A DNA stretch of 60,373 nt, the filler included. It is 6 parts of 6 records of this genome, joined end to end, with 100 filler letters (N's around TTAATTAATTAA, not from the genome) between each part and the next. Parts side by side here need not be neighbours in the genome. Positions count along the whole stretch, not along the records: positions 27,351 to 34,984 come from SRR20825019_213; positions 35,085 to 53,306 come from SRR20825019_217; 4 more parts are not named here. One strand, 5' to 3'. Positions 32,956-42,306 of this stretch are shown here, one piece after another. Each line of letters opens with the position of its first letter. Within the stretch, counting starts at the first letter, position 1. The notes beneath the pieces are model-generated. The model worked only from the letters and a program-made list of their open reading frames with translations. It made no database searches and was not told where the DNA came from. Both the position numbers and the translations under genes were made by a program.

Positions 32956-33441
32956 ATGACACAGGCCTATTGGCAGGACATTCTGGTTGCATTGCGCCAA
33001 ATCATTCGCGCAACCGATCTGCATTCCAAACGCATGATGAAAGCCTGTGGTCTGACCATCCCGCAGGTGATGGTCCTGCGCGCGATTGACGAATTGCAGA
33101 ACGTTACGGTGCGCCGCATTTCCAATCATGTGTCCCTTAGCCAGGCAACGGTCACAACAATCCTGAACCGCCTTGAACAGCGCGGGCTGGCAGAACGCCG
33201 CCGCAGCACCACGGACAAGCGCGTGGTCAATACGGTTCTGACAGAGGCAGGTCAGAACGTCCTGAAAGCAGCCCCAACCATGCTGCACGAAGAATTCATA
33301 TCCCAATTCGAAGCCCTGCCCGATTGGGAAAAAACGCAGCTTCTGTCATCCATGCAGCGGGTCGCGACAATGATGAATGCGGAAAAGATTGATGCGGCCC
33401 CATTGCTTGACGTCCGCCCTGCCGACGAAATTCCGCGTTAG
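32956..33441 (+). CDS. MarR-family regulator, EctR/CosR type
   Basis: ALRQIIRATDLHSK, GLT.PQ, LSQATVTTILNRLE, DKR, LPDWE..Q, MMNAEKIDAAPLL. Confidence 0.85.
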   Translation: MTQAYWQDILVALRQIIRATDLHSKRMMKACGLTIPQVMVLRAIDELQNVTVRRISNHVSLSQATVTTILNRLEQRGLAERRRSTTDKRVVNTVLTEAGQNVLKAAPTMLHEEFISQFEALPDWEKTQLLSSMQRVATMMNAEKIDAAPLLDVRPADEIPR

Positions 33442-33457
33442 GTCAGTTCAAACCGGA

Positions 33458-34984
33458 TTACAGGTCGGCAATCACCACTTGGTGGCCATTGCGTCGGGCA
33501 TCACCAACCGCATTGAATTTCCTGCCGTCACCACTGACCTTGGCGGCGTGAACACCGCCAAAGAACATATCCTCCGTATCCCAGCGTTGCTGGTCTTCAA
33601 GGCTAAGGCCATCCAGAAGCGATCCGTCAAATCCCGGTTCGACAGACAAAAGACTGTCTTCGACATGAAGCCGCGGTGCCGCCACCGCCCCATGCAGGGT
33701 CATGTCATAGGCATCGATATTCAGCATCACCTGCAACATGGTCGAACGAATGCGGTTTGACCCGCCAGAACCAAGTGCAATCGCATCACCATTGCCCGCC
33801 AGATACAGGGCCGGAGTCATCATCGATGTCATCCGCACACCGCATGGCCAGTGATGGAACCCGTCGGTTGACAGATCGGCTTCGCCCAGCATGTTATTGA
33901 GCATGATACCAGTCCCCGGCACCATGCGCCCGGAACAGGACCCGTTTGAAATCGTCGCCGCGGCAAGATTGCCATCGCCATCAACCACGGAAATATGGGT
34001 CGTGCCATTCTGGCTAAGCGGGCGTTCGCCAATCATAGACCGGTAGGATTCGCAGAATTCGTCGGCAAGGATTGTCGGGCTTGCGCCATGTTCGCTACGT
34101 GCCAGCCCGGTGGCATGAAGAATGCGCGAAATGGCTTCGAGATGACGGGCCGATCCAAATGCCCCGAGTTCTATTTCGCGCGCAAGCTTAAGCCCGAAGC
34201 CAACCAAAACCCCGCCCGACGCCGGTGGCGGGTTTAAAACAAACCGCCCGTTGCGCCCGGCAATCAAAAGCGGATCACGGACCAGAACGCGGTATGCCGC
34301 CAAATCCGCCCCTGTCAGATAGCCGCCATATTCCCGGCATTCGGTCACCAGCGCATGACCAAGATCGCCGTGATAAAAGCCATCGGCCCCGATCCGCAGC
34401 AGATATTCAATGCTATCGGCCATATCAGCCTGACGAAGAATGGAGCCCTCGTCCGGCAATTCAAATCCGTCTTCATCCTGATGCCCCGGCGCACCGAAAA
34501 CGGCCCGGCTATCTTTGGAAAATGCCAGAAGCGGGGTTACGATCCCCATGACATACCGTTGAAACGCATCCAGCTTGATCCCGTCGCGTGCGGCTGTAAT
34601 TGCCGGTTCGGCCAGCATCGCCATCGGCAGGGATCCAAGATCGTCATGCAGCTTGAAAATACCGGCAACCACGCCCGGTGTTGCAACCGAACCGTATCCG
34701 CCGTGAAATTCCTGGGTAACGCCACCGGAAAATGTCGCAAACCGGCTTTCGAATTCAAGTTCTTCGCGCGGGCGTTTGGCAAGCGGGGTTTCGACAAAAA
34801 AATCATAAAGCCGGGGCGGTTTTCCCGCCGGGCGTGCCATGACAAAACCACTCCCGCCCAATGATGCCAGAACCGGCTCCGCCACGCACGCCGTCCACAT
34901 CGCCGCAGTGACCGCATCAAAGGCATTGCCGCCCGCCTCAAGCACATCGGCAGCCGCGCGTGCGGTGACATCATGTCCTGCGGC
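33458..34984 (-). CDS. ggt: Gamma-glutamyltransferase family protein (5' truncated)
   Basis: Frame open to contig end (AAGHDVTARAAADVLEAGGNAFDA); catalytic TTHISVVD, GIMLNNML, GSGGSNRI. Confidence 0.92.
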   Translation of the reverse strand, partial: AAGHDVTARAAADVLEAGGNAFDAVTAAMWTACVAEPVLASLGGSGFVMARPAGKPPRLYDFFVETPLAKRPREELEFESRFATFSGGVTQEFHGGYGSVATPGVVAGIFKLHDDLGSLPMAMLAEPAITAARDGIKLDAFQRYVMGIVTPLLAFSKDSRAVFGAPGHQDEDGFELPDEGSILRQADMADSIEYLLRIGADGFYHGDLGHALVTECREYGGYLTGADLAAYRVLVRDPLLIAGRNGRFVLNPPPASGGVLVGFGLKLAREIELGAFGSARHLEAISRILHATGLARSEHGASPTILADEFCESYRSMIGERPLSQNGTTHISVVDGDGNLAAATISNGSCSGRMVPGTGIMLNNMLGEADLSTDGFHHWPCGVRMTSMMTPALYLAGNGDAIALGSGGSNRIRSTMLQVMLNIDAYDMTLHGAVAAPRLHVEDSLLSVEPGFDGSLLDGLSLEDQQRWDTEDMFFGGVHAAKVSGDGRKFNAVGDARRNGHQVVIADL

Positions 34985-35084
34985 NNNNNNNNNNNNNNNN
35001 NNNNNNNNNNNNNNNNNNNNNNNNNNNNTTAATTAATTAANNNNNNNNNNNNNNNNNNNNNNNNNNNNNNNNNNNNNNNNNNNN
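34985..35084. other. Artificial contig linker
   Basis: N-run/TTAATTAATTAA/N-run. Confidence 0.99.
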
Positions 35085-35630
35085 TGGCCGGAATTTCTTC
35101 CGACCACTAGTGCCTGATCAGGCGCCCTTTTTTATTTCCATTCCATTCTTGGCAAGAGTCCTTCCAATTTATCAAGGGAACTTTCCACATTTCCATTATT
35201 TCTTCTGTAGGCCTCTTACGTGCATTCAGTTTTTGACATGTTGCCGGTATTTAGGACATATCTCGTTTCACAAGATACCGTTGTCAACATTTTGCTGCTC
35301 TATCAAATCAACAACTTCATCAATCTGCAAAGCCATTTTTGTAACTGGTTCTGTGTAAAGTCCATAGTTGGCTATTTATGACAAAGATCATGTGGGGAGC
35401 TTTCAAAAAAACTGATATTAATCAGAATATATAGATTGGTGAACGATTTTGTGATGTTTTACCAAATACGCAGTGTGAAGCACAATTTTTTTGGCAAAAA
35501 AGTGTTTGATAGCAATAACTGATGAATTTTCTTACGACACCAAGTGCGGCGGAAAAATATAGAATGTTCGCTGTTTTGAACAGATGAGTTGACAAGTATT
35601 AATAATAAGCTCCCGATTTAGATACTTAAC

Positions 35631-37676
35631 ATGCCGTTGATATCCTCAAAAAAAGAACTGATTTTTCCTTTGGCAATATTTGTCTTTTTTATCGCCATAG
35701 TATTCGCCCTGTGGAACAATTCGCTCAATACCCAAAAATCAATCTACATTAGGGAAATACAAAATACGGGAAGTCTAAGGGCAAAGGAATTCTTCTCCTT
35801 GGTAGAGTACAACATCAAATCCTTGGAGAACCTGAAACAGCGAATTGAAATGACCAATGGGTCTTACTTTGACTATTGGGAACGGGATGCCACCTTGATT
35901 ATGGCACAAAATTCATCTTTTAGGTTTGTGGAATGGCTGGATAGTTCCATGATCATACAAAAAGTTATCCCTATTGAGGAAAACAAAGCTGCCATTGGGC
36001 TAGATCTTACCACCCACCCCAGATATCCCGAATGGAAAAAACACATAAGCGATTCAACCACCAACATTTCACCCTGGACAAAACTGTACCAAGGAGGCAG
36101 TGCCTTTCTAGTGGATGCACCTGTCTATTTGAACGGTCGTTTTATGGGTTCGGTAACAGCGGGCATGGATTTTACTGCACCATTTAATGAGTTGGCGGCC
36201 GATTTGGACAAGTATGCAATTCAAGTAGAGGACGAGAAAGGCACTATATTTTATTCCAAAAACAATCCGAGAACAAACGAAATCGGAAAAGAATTTATTT
36301 TCACCACATCTTTTGAGGTGGACGTACTTGATGGACAAACATGGAAGTTCTCCCTTATGCCCGCCGAGTTAAACTTTTTGGCCGAAAGAAAACAATCCAC
36401 TTACATCTATTTGGCATTTGGGCTACTGCTTTCCCTGCTAACCAGTTCCTTGGTATACTTTTACAGATCTTCCAGAAAAAAGAACAAGAACTTGCACGAT
36501 GCCAACCTAAAATTAAAAGACCTCAACACATCCTTGAAAAAAGAACAGTTGAGAGCGGAAAAGGCATCCAGATCAAAAACGGAGTTCATATCCAATATGA
36601 GCCATGAAATTAGGACCCCATTAAATGCAATCATTGGGTTTATTGAAGTTTTAAAACTTTCGGAGATACAGAGTTCCCTGCAAGAATATCTTTCCCTTAT
36701 GGATATTTCCTCCAAAAAACTGCTCCTTTTGGTGAACGACATCCTTGAAATCGACAAAATAGAATCCGGCAAAACAACTTTTAGGAACGACATTTTCTCT
36801 CCATTGGATGAACTAAAAAACATTATCAGGATTTATAGGCGAACTGCTGAAGAAAAATGTCTCTATATCGATTTGAACCAAGTATCGCAAAGCCAAGTGG
36901 AAGCCTTTGGGGACATCGGGAAATACGGTCAGATAATAACCAATATTTTACGAAACTCCTTGAAATTCACAGAAACGGGAGGAATTACCATCTCCTACGA
37001 AGAACATGTAGTGGATAACTACCTTTCAATTGCCATTTCCATAAAAGATTCTGGAATTGGCATCCCAAAAGATAAACTAAATACCATTTTTGATCGATTT
37101 ACACAAGTAGAGGTCGGAAAAGCCAAACGTCATGAAGGCAGCGGACTTGGATTGTACATTACCTCCAAACTTGTAGAACTCCTAGAGGGGAAAATTGATG
37201 TGACAAGTCAAGAAAACATAGGAACCGAATTTCATTTATCCCTTAAATTCCCTGTTTCGGACAGTAGTGGCTCCGTAAACAGTAAAGGACAAGAATCGAT
37301 TGATTTGAGCGGCTGTCGGGTTTTGATTGTAGATGATAACCGAGTGAATGTAATTGTACTACAAAAGACTCTCGAAAATCTGGGGGTCCATTCCGATTCG
37401 GTCTCCAATGGGGTCGAGGCCATTGAAGCTGTTAAAAAGAGCGACTATCTTTTGGTCTTCATGGATGTCCACATGCCAAAAATGGATGGATTCAAAGCCA
37501 CCAAGGAGATTAGAAAGTTTAATGAAACCATCGGAATTATTGGCCTTTCGGCAGATGTAACAAAAGAGGCGATCGATGAGGCCAAGGGTGTTGGCATGAA
37601 CGACTACTTTACTAAACCCATTTCTTTTGACAAGCTAAGAAAACACTTGCCCAATTACCTCATCAAAATATCCTAA
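35631..37676 (+). CDS. Hybrid sensor histidine kinase (2 TM, CHASE-like periplasmic domain, HisKA, HATPase, receiver)
   Basis: MSHEIRTPLN H-box, DSGIGI, GSGLGL, LIVDDN, FMDVHMPKMDG, TKP. Confidence 0.95.
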   Translation: MPLISSKKELIFPLAIFVFFIAIVFALWNNSLNTQKSIYIREIQNTGSLRAKEFFSLVEYNIKSLENLKQRIEMTNGSYFDYWERDATLIMAQNSSFRFVEWLDSSMIIQKVIPIEENKAAIGLDLTTHPRYPEWKKHISDSTTNISPWTKLYQGGSAFLVDAPVYLNGRFMGSVTAGMDFTAPFNELAADLDKYAIQVEDEKGTIFYSKNNPRTNEIGKEFIFTTSFEVDVLDGQTWKFSLMPAELNFLAERKQSTYIYLAFGLLLSLLTSSLVYFYRSSRKKNKNLHDANLKLKDLNTSLKKEQLRAEKASRSKTEFISNMSHEIRTPLNAIIGFIEVLKLSEIQSSLQEYLSLMDISSKKLLLLVNDILEIDKIESGKTTFRNDIFSPLDELKNIIRIYRRTAEEKCLYIDLNQVSQSQVEAFGDIGKYGQIITNILRNSLKFTETGGITISYEEHVVDNYLSIAISIKDSGIGIPKDKLNTIFDRFTQVEVGKAKRHEGSGLGLYITSKLVELLEGKIDVTSQENIGTEFHLSLKFPVSDSSGSVNSKGQESIDLSGCRVLIVDDNRVNVIVLQKTLENLGVHSDSVSNGVEAIEAVKKSDYLLVFMDVHMPKMDGFKATKEIRKFNETIGIIGLSADVTKEAIDEAKGVGMNDYFTKPISFDKLRKHLPNYLIKIS

Positions 37677-37748
37677 AGCTTCCCTCCTATTTTTTCTGCA
37701 CAATACCAAAAAGTCAACTATTGTACATTTAAAAAATCATAATGGTAG

Positions 37749-37756
37749 TATATTTG
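37749..37756 (+). promoter_or_regulatory. Candidate Bacteroidetes sigma-A -7 element
   Basis: TATATTTG fits TAnnTTTG, upstream of the transferase-PNP-arsM operon; no well-spaced -33 element seen. Confidence 0.4.
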
Positions 37757-37860
37757 GGTAGATGAACAAAAGATGACCATTCTTTGCACAAAATGAAAAG
37801 TAAGTATTGGATCGTCTTGCTGACCAACAGCTTAAAGTGTCGGTTACCAAAACAAAGCAA

Positions 37861-38475
37861 TTGAGCAAAAACCTACTTTTGATCCTTACCCGTAACCCCG
37901 AACTTGGTAAATGCAAAAGCCGATTGGCCGCCAAAGTGGGAGACCAAGCAGCTTTGGACATTTATAACTTTTTATTGGACAAGACCGTGTCGTTTACCAA
38001 AGATTTGAAGGTCGAAAAATGGGTCTATTATTCAGAAACCATTTGGATGGATGATATTTGGGACAACAAGGTCTACAAAAAGAAACTTCAGGTCGGGAAA
38101 GATTTAGGCGAACGGATGATAAATGCTTTCGATGAAGGATTCATGGCGGGTTTTGAGAACATCATCATTATAGGCAGCGATATGTTTCACCTGGACCAAA
38201 CCGATTTGGAAGCAGCTTTCTCCAAACTAATGGACCACGACTTTGTTTTGGGGCCCGCAGAAGATGGTGGATACTACCTTTTGGGGATGAAATCCTTAAA
38301 AAAGGAACTGTTCCAAAACAAAGAATGGGGCACAAATACTGTACTTGCTGATACATTATCCGACATAAAAGATGAAAAGTTTGTGCTTTTAGATGAGAAG
38401 AATGATGTGGATTACTACGAAGACATTAAAGACATTGAGGCCTTTGCGCCTTTCTTAAAACATATGGAAGAATGA
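37861..38475 (+). CDS. DUF2064/TIGR04282-like transferase (arsenosugar-cluster associated)
   Basis: RNPELGKCKSRLA, Q.G.DLGERM, IIIGSD, VLGPAEDGGYYLLG, WGT..VL, DVD; start TTG 37861 (alternative 37807). Confidence 0.88.
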   Translation: MSKNLLLILTRNPELGKCKSRLAAKVGDQAALDIYNFLLDKTVSFTKDLKVEKWVYYSETIWMDDIWDNKVYKKKLQVGKDLGERMINAFDEGFMAGFENIIIIGSDMFHLDQTDLEAAFSKLMDHDFVLGPAEDGGYYLLGMKSLKKELFQNKEWGTNTVLADTLSDIKDEKFVLLDEKNDVDYYEDIKDIEAFAPFLKHMEE

Positions 38476-39287
38476 CAAAAATACAGATAGCAGAATCCGT
38501 TGAATACTTAAAAAAACGAGGTTTTGAAACACCAGAAATTGGTATAGTTCTAGGTACGGGATTAGGACAATTGGTGGACAACATAGAAAACCCCATTGAG
38601 GCCCATTACAATCATATTCCACATTTCCCATTGGCAACGGTGGAATTCCATACGGGCAAATTGATCTATGGCACGATCGAGGGCAAAAAAGTCATCGTAA
38701 TGCAGGGACGTTTTCACTTGTATGAAGGTTACGATTTTATCGATATAACCTACCCCATACGTGTAATGCATCAATTGGGAATCAAAAAATTGTTCGTGTC
38801 CAATGCTGCGGGAGCCATCAACCTGAAATTTAAAAAAGGGGAAATTATGTTGATCGAAGATCACATTAACCTTCAAGGGGGTTCACCTTTGGCATTTAAA
38901 AATGTATCCGAGTTCGGCGACCGATTTGTGGATATGAGCGAGCCCTACGACCCAGAAATGCGTAAAAAAGTTGAAGCCATAGCTGCTCGCGAGGATATTT
39001 CTTTGAAAAAGGGAGTCTATGTCTCCGTGGTAGGACCACAACTGGAAACCAAGGCAGAATACCGAATGCTCAAGATCATGGGTGCCGACGCCGTGGGAAT
39101 GAGCACCGTCCCCGAGGTAATTGTTGCGAATCATTTACGACTACCCATTGTAGCGGTATCGGTATTGACCGATGAATGCGACCCCGACAACCTGCAACCT
39201 GTCGAAGTACAGGAAATTTTGAAGATTGCAGGGCAAACGGAACCCAAAATGATCAAACTATTCAAAGAACTAATCAAAGAACTATGA
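38472..39287 (+). CDS. Trimeric-family purine nucleoside phosphorylase, Asp variant at the base-specificity site
   Basis: IVLGTGLG, QGRFHLYEG, NAAG, GPQLETKAE, DAVGMSTVPE, then VLTDEC where 6-oxopurine PNPs have ITN; overlaps both neighbours by 4 bp. Confidence 0.95.
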   Translation: MTKIQIAESVEYLKKRGFETPEIGIVLGTGLGQLVDNIENPIEAHYNHIPHFPLATVEFHTGKLIYGTIEGKKVIVMQGRFHLYEGYDFIDITYPIRVMHQLGIKKLFVSNAAGAINLKFKKGEIMLIEDHINLQGGSPLAFKNVSEFGDRFVDMSEPYDPEMRKKVEAIAAREDISLKKGVYVSVVGPQLETKAEYRMLKIMGADAVGMSTVPEVIVANHLRLPIVAVSVLTDECDPDNLQPVEVQEILKIAGQTEPKMIKLFKELIKEL

Positions 39288-40249
39288 GCTATTTAGACGC
39301 CACCCAAGACCTATACAAACAAGCGGCCCTAACACCCGATGTGGGGCTTTGCTGCACCACCAACCCCATTTGGCAGTTCCCCGGGCTTTCCATTCCCAAG
39401 ATCATGCAAGAGATGAACTATGGCTGTGGAAGCACCGTTTCCGCACAGGATTTGGTCAACAATCCCAAAATTCTATATGTTGGTGTAGGAGGCGGAATGG
39501 AACTGCTGCAATTCTCTTATTTTTCCAGACAGATGGGTGGTGTAACCGGGGTGGATTCCGTAGATGAGATGTTGGAGGCTTCCCGAAAGAACTTCAAAAT
39601 AGCCGAAGAAGAAAACGATTGGTTCAAGAGCGAATACGTGAATTTGGTGAAAGGTGATGCATTGAACCTTCCCGTGGAGGATGAAAGTATCGACGTGGCA
39701 GCACAGAATTGCCTTTTCAATATTTTTAAGATAGATGACCTTAAAAAAGCCGTTTCCGAAATGTACCGCGTACTGAAGCCTCACGGAAGATTGGTGATGA
39801 GCGATCCCATTTGCGAGCAGCCCATGAGCGGCGAGCTGCGCAACGATGACCGCTTGAGGGCACAATGTCTGAGCGGTAGCATTCCCTTGAAAGATTATGT
39901 AAAAGTGTTGACGGATGCCGGTTTTGGCACCATAGAAATCAGAGGCAAACGATCGTACAGGGTGTTATCGCCGAACCATTACCCCACCAAAGAGCTCATT
40001 CATATTGAATCCATCGAAATAGCCGCCATAAAAGACCCGATGCCAGCCGATGGTCCCTGCGTTTTTACGGGAAAAACAGCTATTTATTTTGGAGACGAGG
40101 CATATTTTGATGATAAGAAGGGACATGTACTACTACAAAACCAACCTTTGGCGGTATGTGACAAAACAGCTGCTGCCTTGGCTAGTGCTTCGGATGAAAT
40201 CTTTATAAGTGAAAGTACATACCACTACAACGGTGGCGGGTGTTGCTAG
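39284..40249 (+). CDS. arsM: Arsenite S-adenosylmethionine methyltransferase, cyanobacterial/arsenosugar-type ArsM
   Basis: Start ATG 39284 (MSYLD); GLCC, MNYGCG, LYVGVGGG, AQNCLFNIF, LRAQCLSG, AVCDKTA, C-terminal GGGCC; closely resembles Synechocystis ArsM as I recall it. Confidence 0.9.
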   Translation: MSYLDATQDLYKQAALTPDVGLCCTTNPIWQFPGLSIPKIMQEMNYGCGSTVSAQDLVNNPKILYVGVGGGMELLQFSYFSRQMGGVTGVDSVDEMLEASRKNFKIAEEENDWFKSEYVNLVKGDALNLPVEDESIDVAAQNCLFNIFKIDDLKKAVSEMYRVLKPHGRLVMSDPICEQPMSGELRNDDRLRAQCLSGSIPLKDYVKVLTDAGFGTIEIRGKRSYRVLSPNHYPTKELIHIESIEIAAIKDPMPADGPCVFTGKTAIYFGDEAYFDDKKGHVLLQNQPLAVCDKTAAALASASDEIFISESTYHYNGGGCC

Positions 40250-40250
40250 T

Positions 40251-41273
40251 TTATTTTGAAATAGCTTCTTTAGGAGATTCATAATCCAATAAAATCCCCT
40301 CGGAAATCCATTTGGCCAATGCCTGTCGGTTATCGGGGTCCAGGATTCTACGTTGGTCCTTTTTGTTTCTGATGTTGCCTATTTCAATGTAAGCCATGGC
40401 CGGAAGCGTGTTTTTAACTACGTACAAACTGCTTCTTTCCATAAAGGTACCGTTGTACAATCGGTTGGGCTGGAATTTTTTGTACTTCCTCAAAAATGTC
40501 TGGTGAATGCTTTCCGCAAGCCTTTTTCCGTTGGTACTCTTTTCGTGATGGTAGAAAAATACATCAATATTGGTACCCTCGCCCCTACTATCCACATGGG
40601 TGACCAAAAGACGTTGATATTTACCCGTATTCTTTGTATATAGATCATTGACAGCTTTGGTACGTTGCTTCAAACGCTCCAATTGGTCTAGCGGGATAGG
40701 CTGTGATTGAACAGTTTCGTCCGTATCCAGTTCAAGGATTCTTTTGTCCCTAATGCCATCGTTTCCGTCTTGGACAATGATATGTACTTCCGCCCCGTGG
40801 GATATAAGCTCGCGGGCCAATCGCAAGGTCACATCGTAGGCATATTCATCTTCAGCTATCAATTTTCCATTATGTTTTTCTATGGCTCCCGGGTCGGGGC
40901 CACCATGGCCAGAAATCAAATAATACACGGTGTTCTTTAAGCGCGAACTTGCCTTATCTACTTTTTTAAAATCCTCCCCAAAAATGGAGTACGTGATTCC
41001 CTCTTCCACCGTTTCAACCGTTTTTGTTTCCAAAGTATCGGGCAGCATATAATGCCTGCCCAAAATCAAGGATTCATCCTCGCCCAAATCCTCTGCATTT
41101 AGTTTCACAAAGTTGTTGTAGTGTTTTGTTGGGCTCACCCCGTGTCTTCGCAGTAACGAATAAATACCATCACCTTCTTCCGCCATGACTTTGGGAAAAT
41201 CCTCTTGGCCCCATAAGGTGGACTGAAATATAAACAAAACGCCCAGCAATGGCGTAAACCAATTAAGTCTCAT
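40251..41273 (-). CDS. N-acetylmuramoyl-L-alanine amidase (Amidase_3) with LysM-like N-terminal domain
   Basis: Signal peptide; GDGIYSLLR; Zn ligands in GHGGPDPG, EDEYAYD and THVD; catalytic Glu in YIEIGN. Confidence 0.9.
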   Translation of the reverse strand: MRLNWFTPLLGVLFIFQSTLWGQEDFPKVMAEEGDGIYSLLRRHGVSPTKHYNNFVKLNAEDLGEDESLILGRHYMLPDTLETKTVETVEEGITYSIFGEDFKKVDKASSRLKNTVYYLISGHGGPDPGAIEKHNGKLIAEDEYAYDVTLRLARELISHGAEVHIIVQDGNDGIRDKRILELDTDETVQSQPIPLDQLERLKQRTKAVNDLYTKNTGKYQRLLVTHVDSRGEGTNIDVFFYHHEKSTNGKRLAESIHQTFLRKYKKFQPNRLYNGTFMERSSLYVVKNTLPAMAYIEIGNIRNKKDQRRILDPDNRQALAKWISEGILLDYESPKEAISK

Positions 41274-42206
41274 TTAATTCTCAAATTCTAAATCAACATA
41301 ATCATTAATAATGCCATTACTAATTAGATCGGCAAATTCTTTTTTGTTTGGTTTGAGTGATATCTTGCTTTTTGATGTCCGACTCGTGTTCTCTATCGTC
41401 ATTATACTGATGGCGGGAAGAATGTTTGTAGCCAAATATAAGCTGTTTTTGTCCTCAAAAACCAAACTGGATTCATCAATGGTAGTACTGGAAACGTTGT
41501 TCTCCTTAAACACATTCTGTATATTCTCTGCAAAACGCTGGCCTTGGGCACTTTTATCATAATGGTACACAGCCACTGCCATATTACCAGTCTCGATTAC
41601 ATTTTCAGCCCGAATCAACAAAACCCGTTGGTATTTTCCAGTATTCTTTATGTATCTTTTATTGATGACCTGTACATAGTCCCCAAAAGTATTGTCTACC
41701 GAAATTCCTTCGTCTTCAGAGTCACGTAACAAGTCATCACCCATGACATACACATGGGCTCCATTCAACATCAATTCTCCTGCAATACGTTGTGTAACAT
41801 CATTCACAAAACCATTCTCCGTTCCAGAGATATTCTCAGCAATAAGATAGTATACAGCATCTTTCAGCTTATCACTTTTAAGGGACATTTCAGCCAGTTC
41901 CTTATCAAAAATAGGGGCTTCAGAGTCTTTTACCGTCTCGACCATTACCCCAGTTTTCTTTAAGGAATCATCCGCATAAGGAACCCTGTACGCTTCACCC
42001 AGTTTGAGGGCAGTACCTTCCGTTATTTTATCAGAATTCAATTCCAAAAACTCCCCGTAGTGTTTGGCAGGGTCAAGACCTTGTTTGCGCAGCAGCGAAA
42101 AAATACCGTCGCCCTGCTCGGCAACCACATTGTAATAGGTACTTTCCTGTCCCAACATAAATGTACAGGCCCATACCCAAAAAAGAAGGGATAATTTTAG
42201 TTTCAT
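41274..42206 (-). CDS. Catalytically degenerate paralogue of the adjacent amidase
   Basis: Shares GDGIFSLLR, VYYLI, KNTGKYQR and SLY...N.LPA with its neighbour, but GHGG, THVD and IEIGN are replaced by AENI, IRAE and MTIEN. Confidence 0.85.
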   Translation of the reverse strand: MKLKLSLLFWVWACTFMLGQESTYYNVVAEQGDGIFSLLRKQGLDPAKHYGEFLELNSDKITEGTALKLGEAYRVPYADDSLKKTGVMVETVKDSEAPIFDKELAEMSLKSDKLKDAVYYLIAENISGTENGFVNDVTQRIAGELMLNGAHVYVMGDDLLRDSEDEGISVDNTFGDYVQVINKRYIKNTGKYQRVLLIRAENVIETGNMAVAVYHYDKSAQGQRFAENIQNVFKENNVSSTTIDESSLVFEDKNSLYLATNILPAISIMTIENTSRTSKSKISLKPNKKEFADLISNGIINDYVDLEFEN

Positions 42207-42306
42207 TACTGTATGTTTTTGGGTGGGATGTATTGCAAATATGGGGAAAAAACATATAGCATGGTTACGAATTAGTCCAAAATTTCCGACAAACCTTTAC
42301 TTGTTC

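Noticed and set aside
27364-35036. Many overlapping 60-250 aa ORFs in the GC-rich contig (e.g. 28735-29388, 30344-31105)
   Set aside because: Antisense or alternate-frame shadows of well-supported genes, with no motifs
35085-35630. Possible small gene or ncRNA upstream of the hybrid kinase
   Set aside because: Only short ORFs without motifs and no recognisable RNA structure
37757-37860. Possible SAM or purine riboswitch before the arsM operon
   Set aside because: I could not find the conserved cores of SAM-I, SAM-II or purine riboswitches; a covariance-model search would settle it
39176-39283. 36-aa N-terminal extension of ArsM in the ORF track
   Set aside because: It lies inside the PNP gene; ATG 39284 gives a 4-bp overlap and the family-like MSYL start. 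The same logic applies to lpxL (31260) and GH113 (43320)
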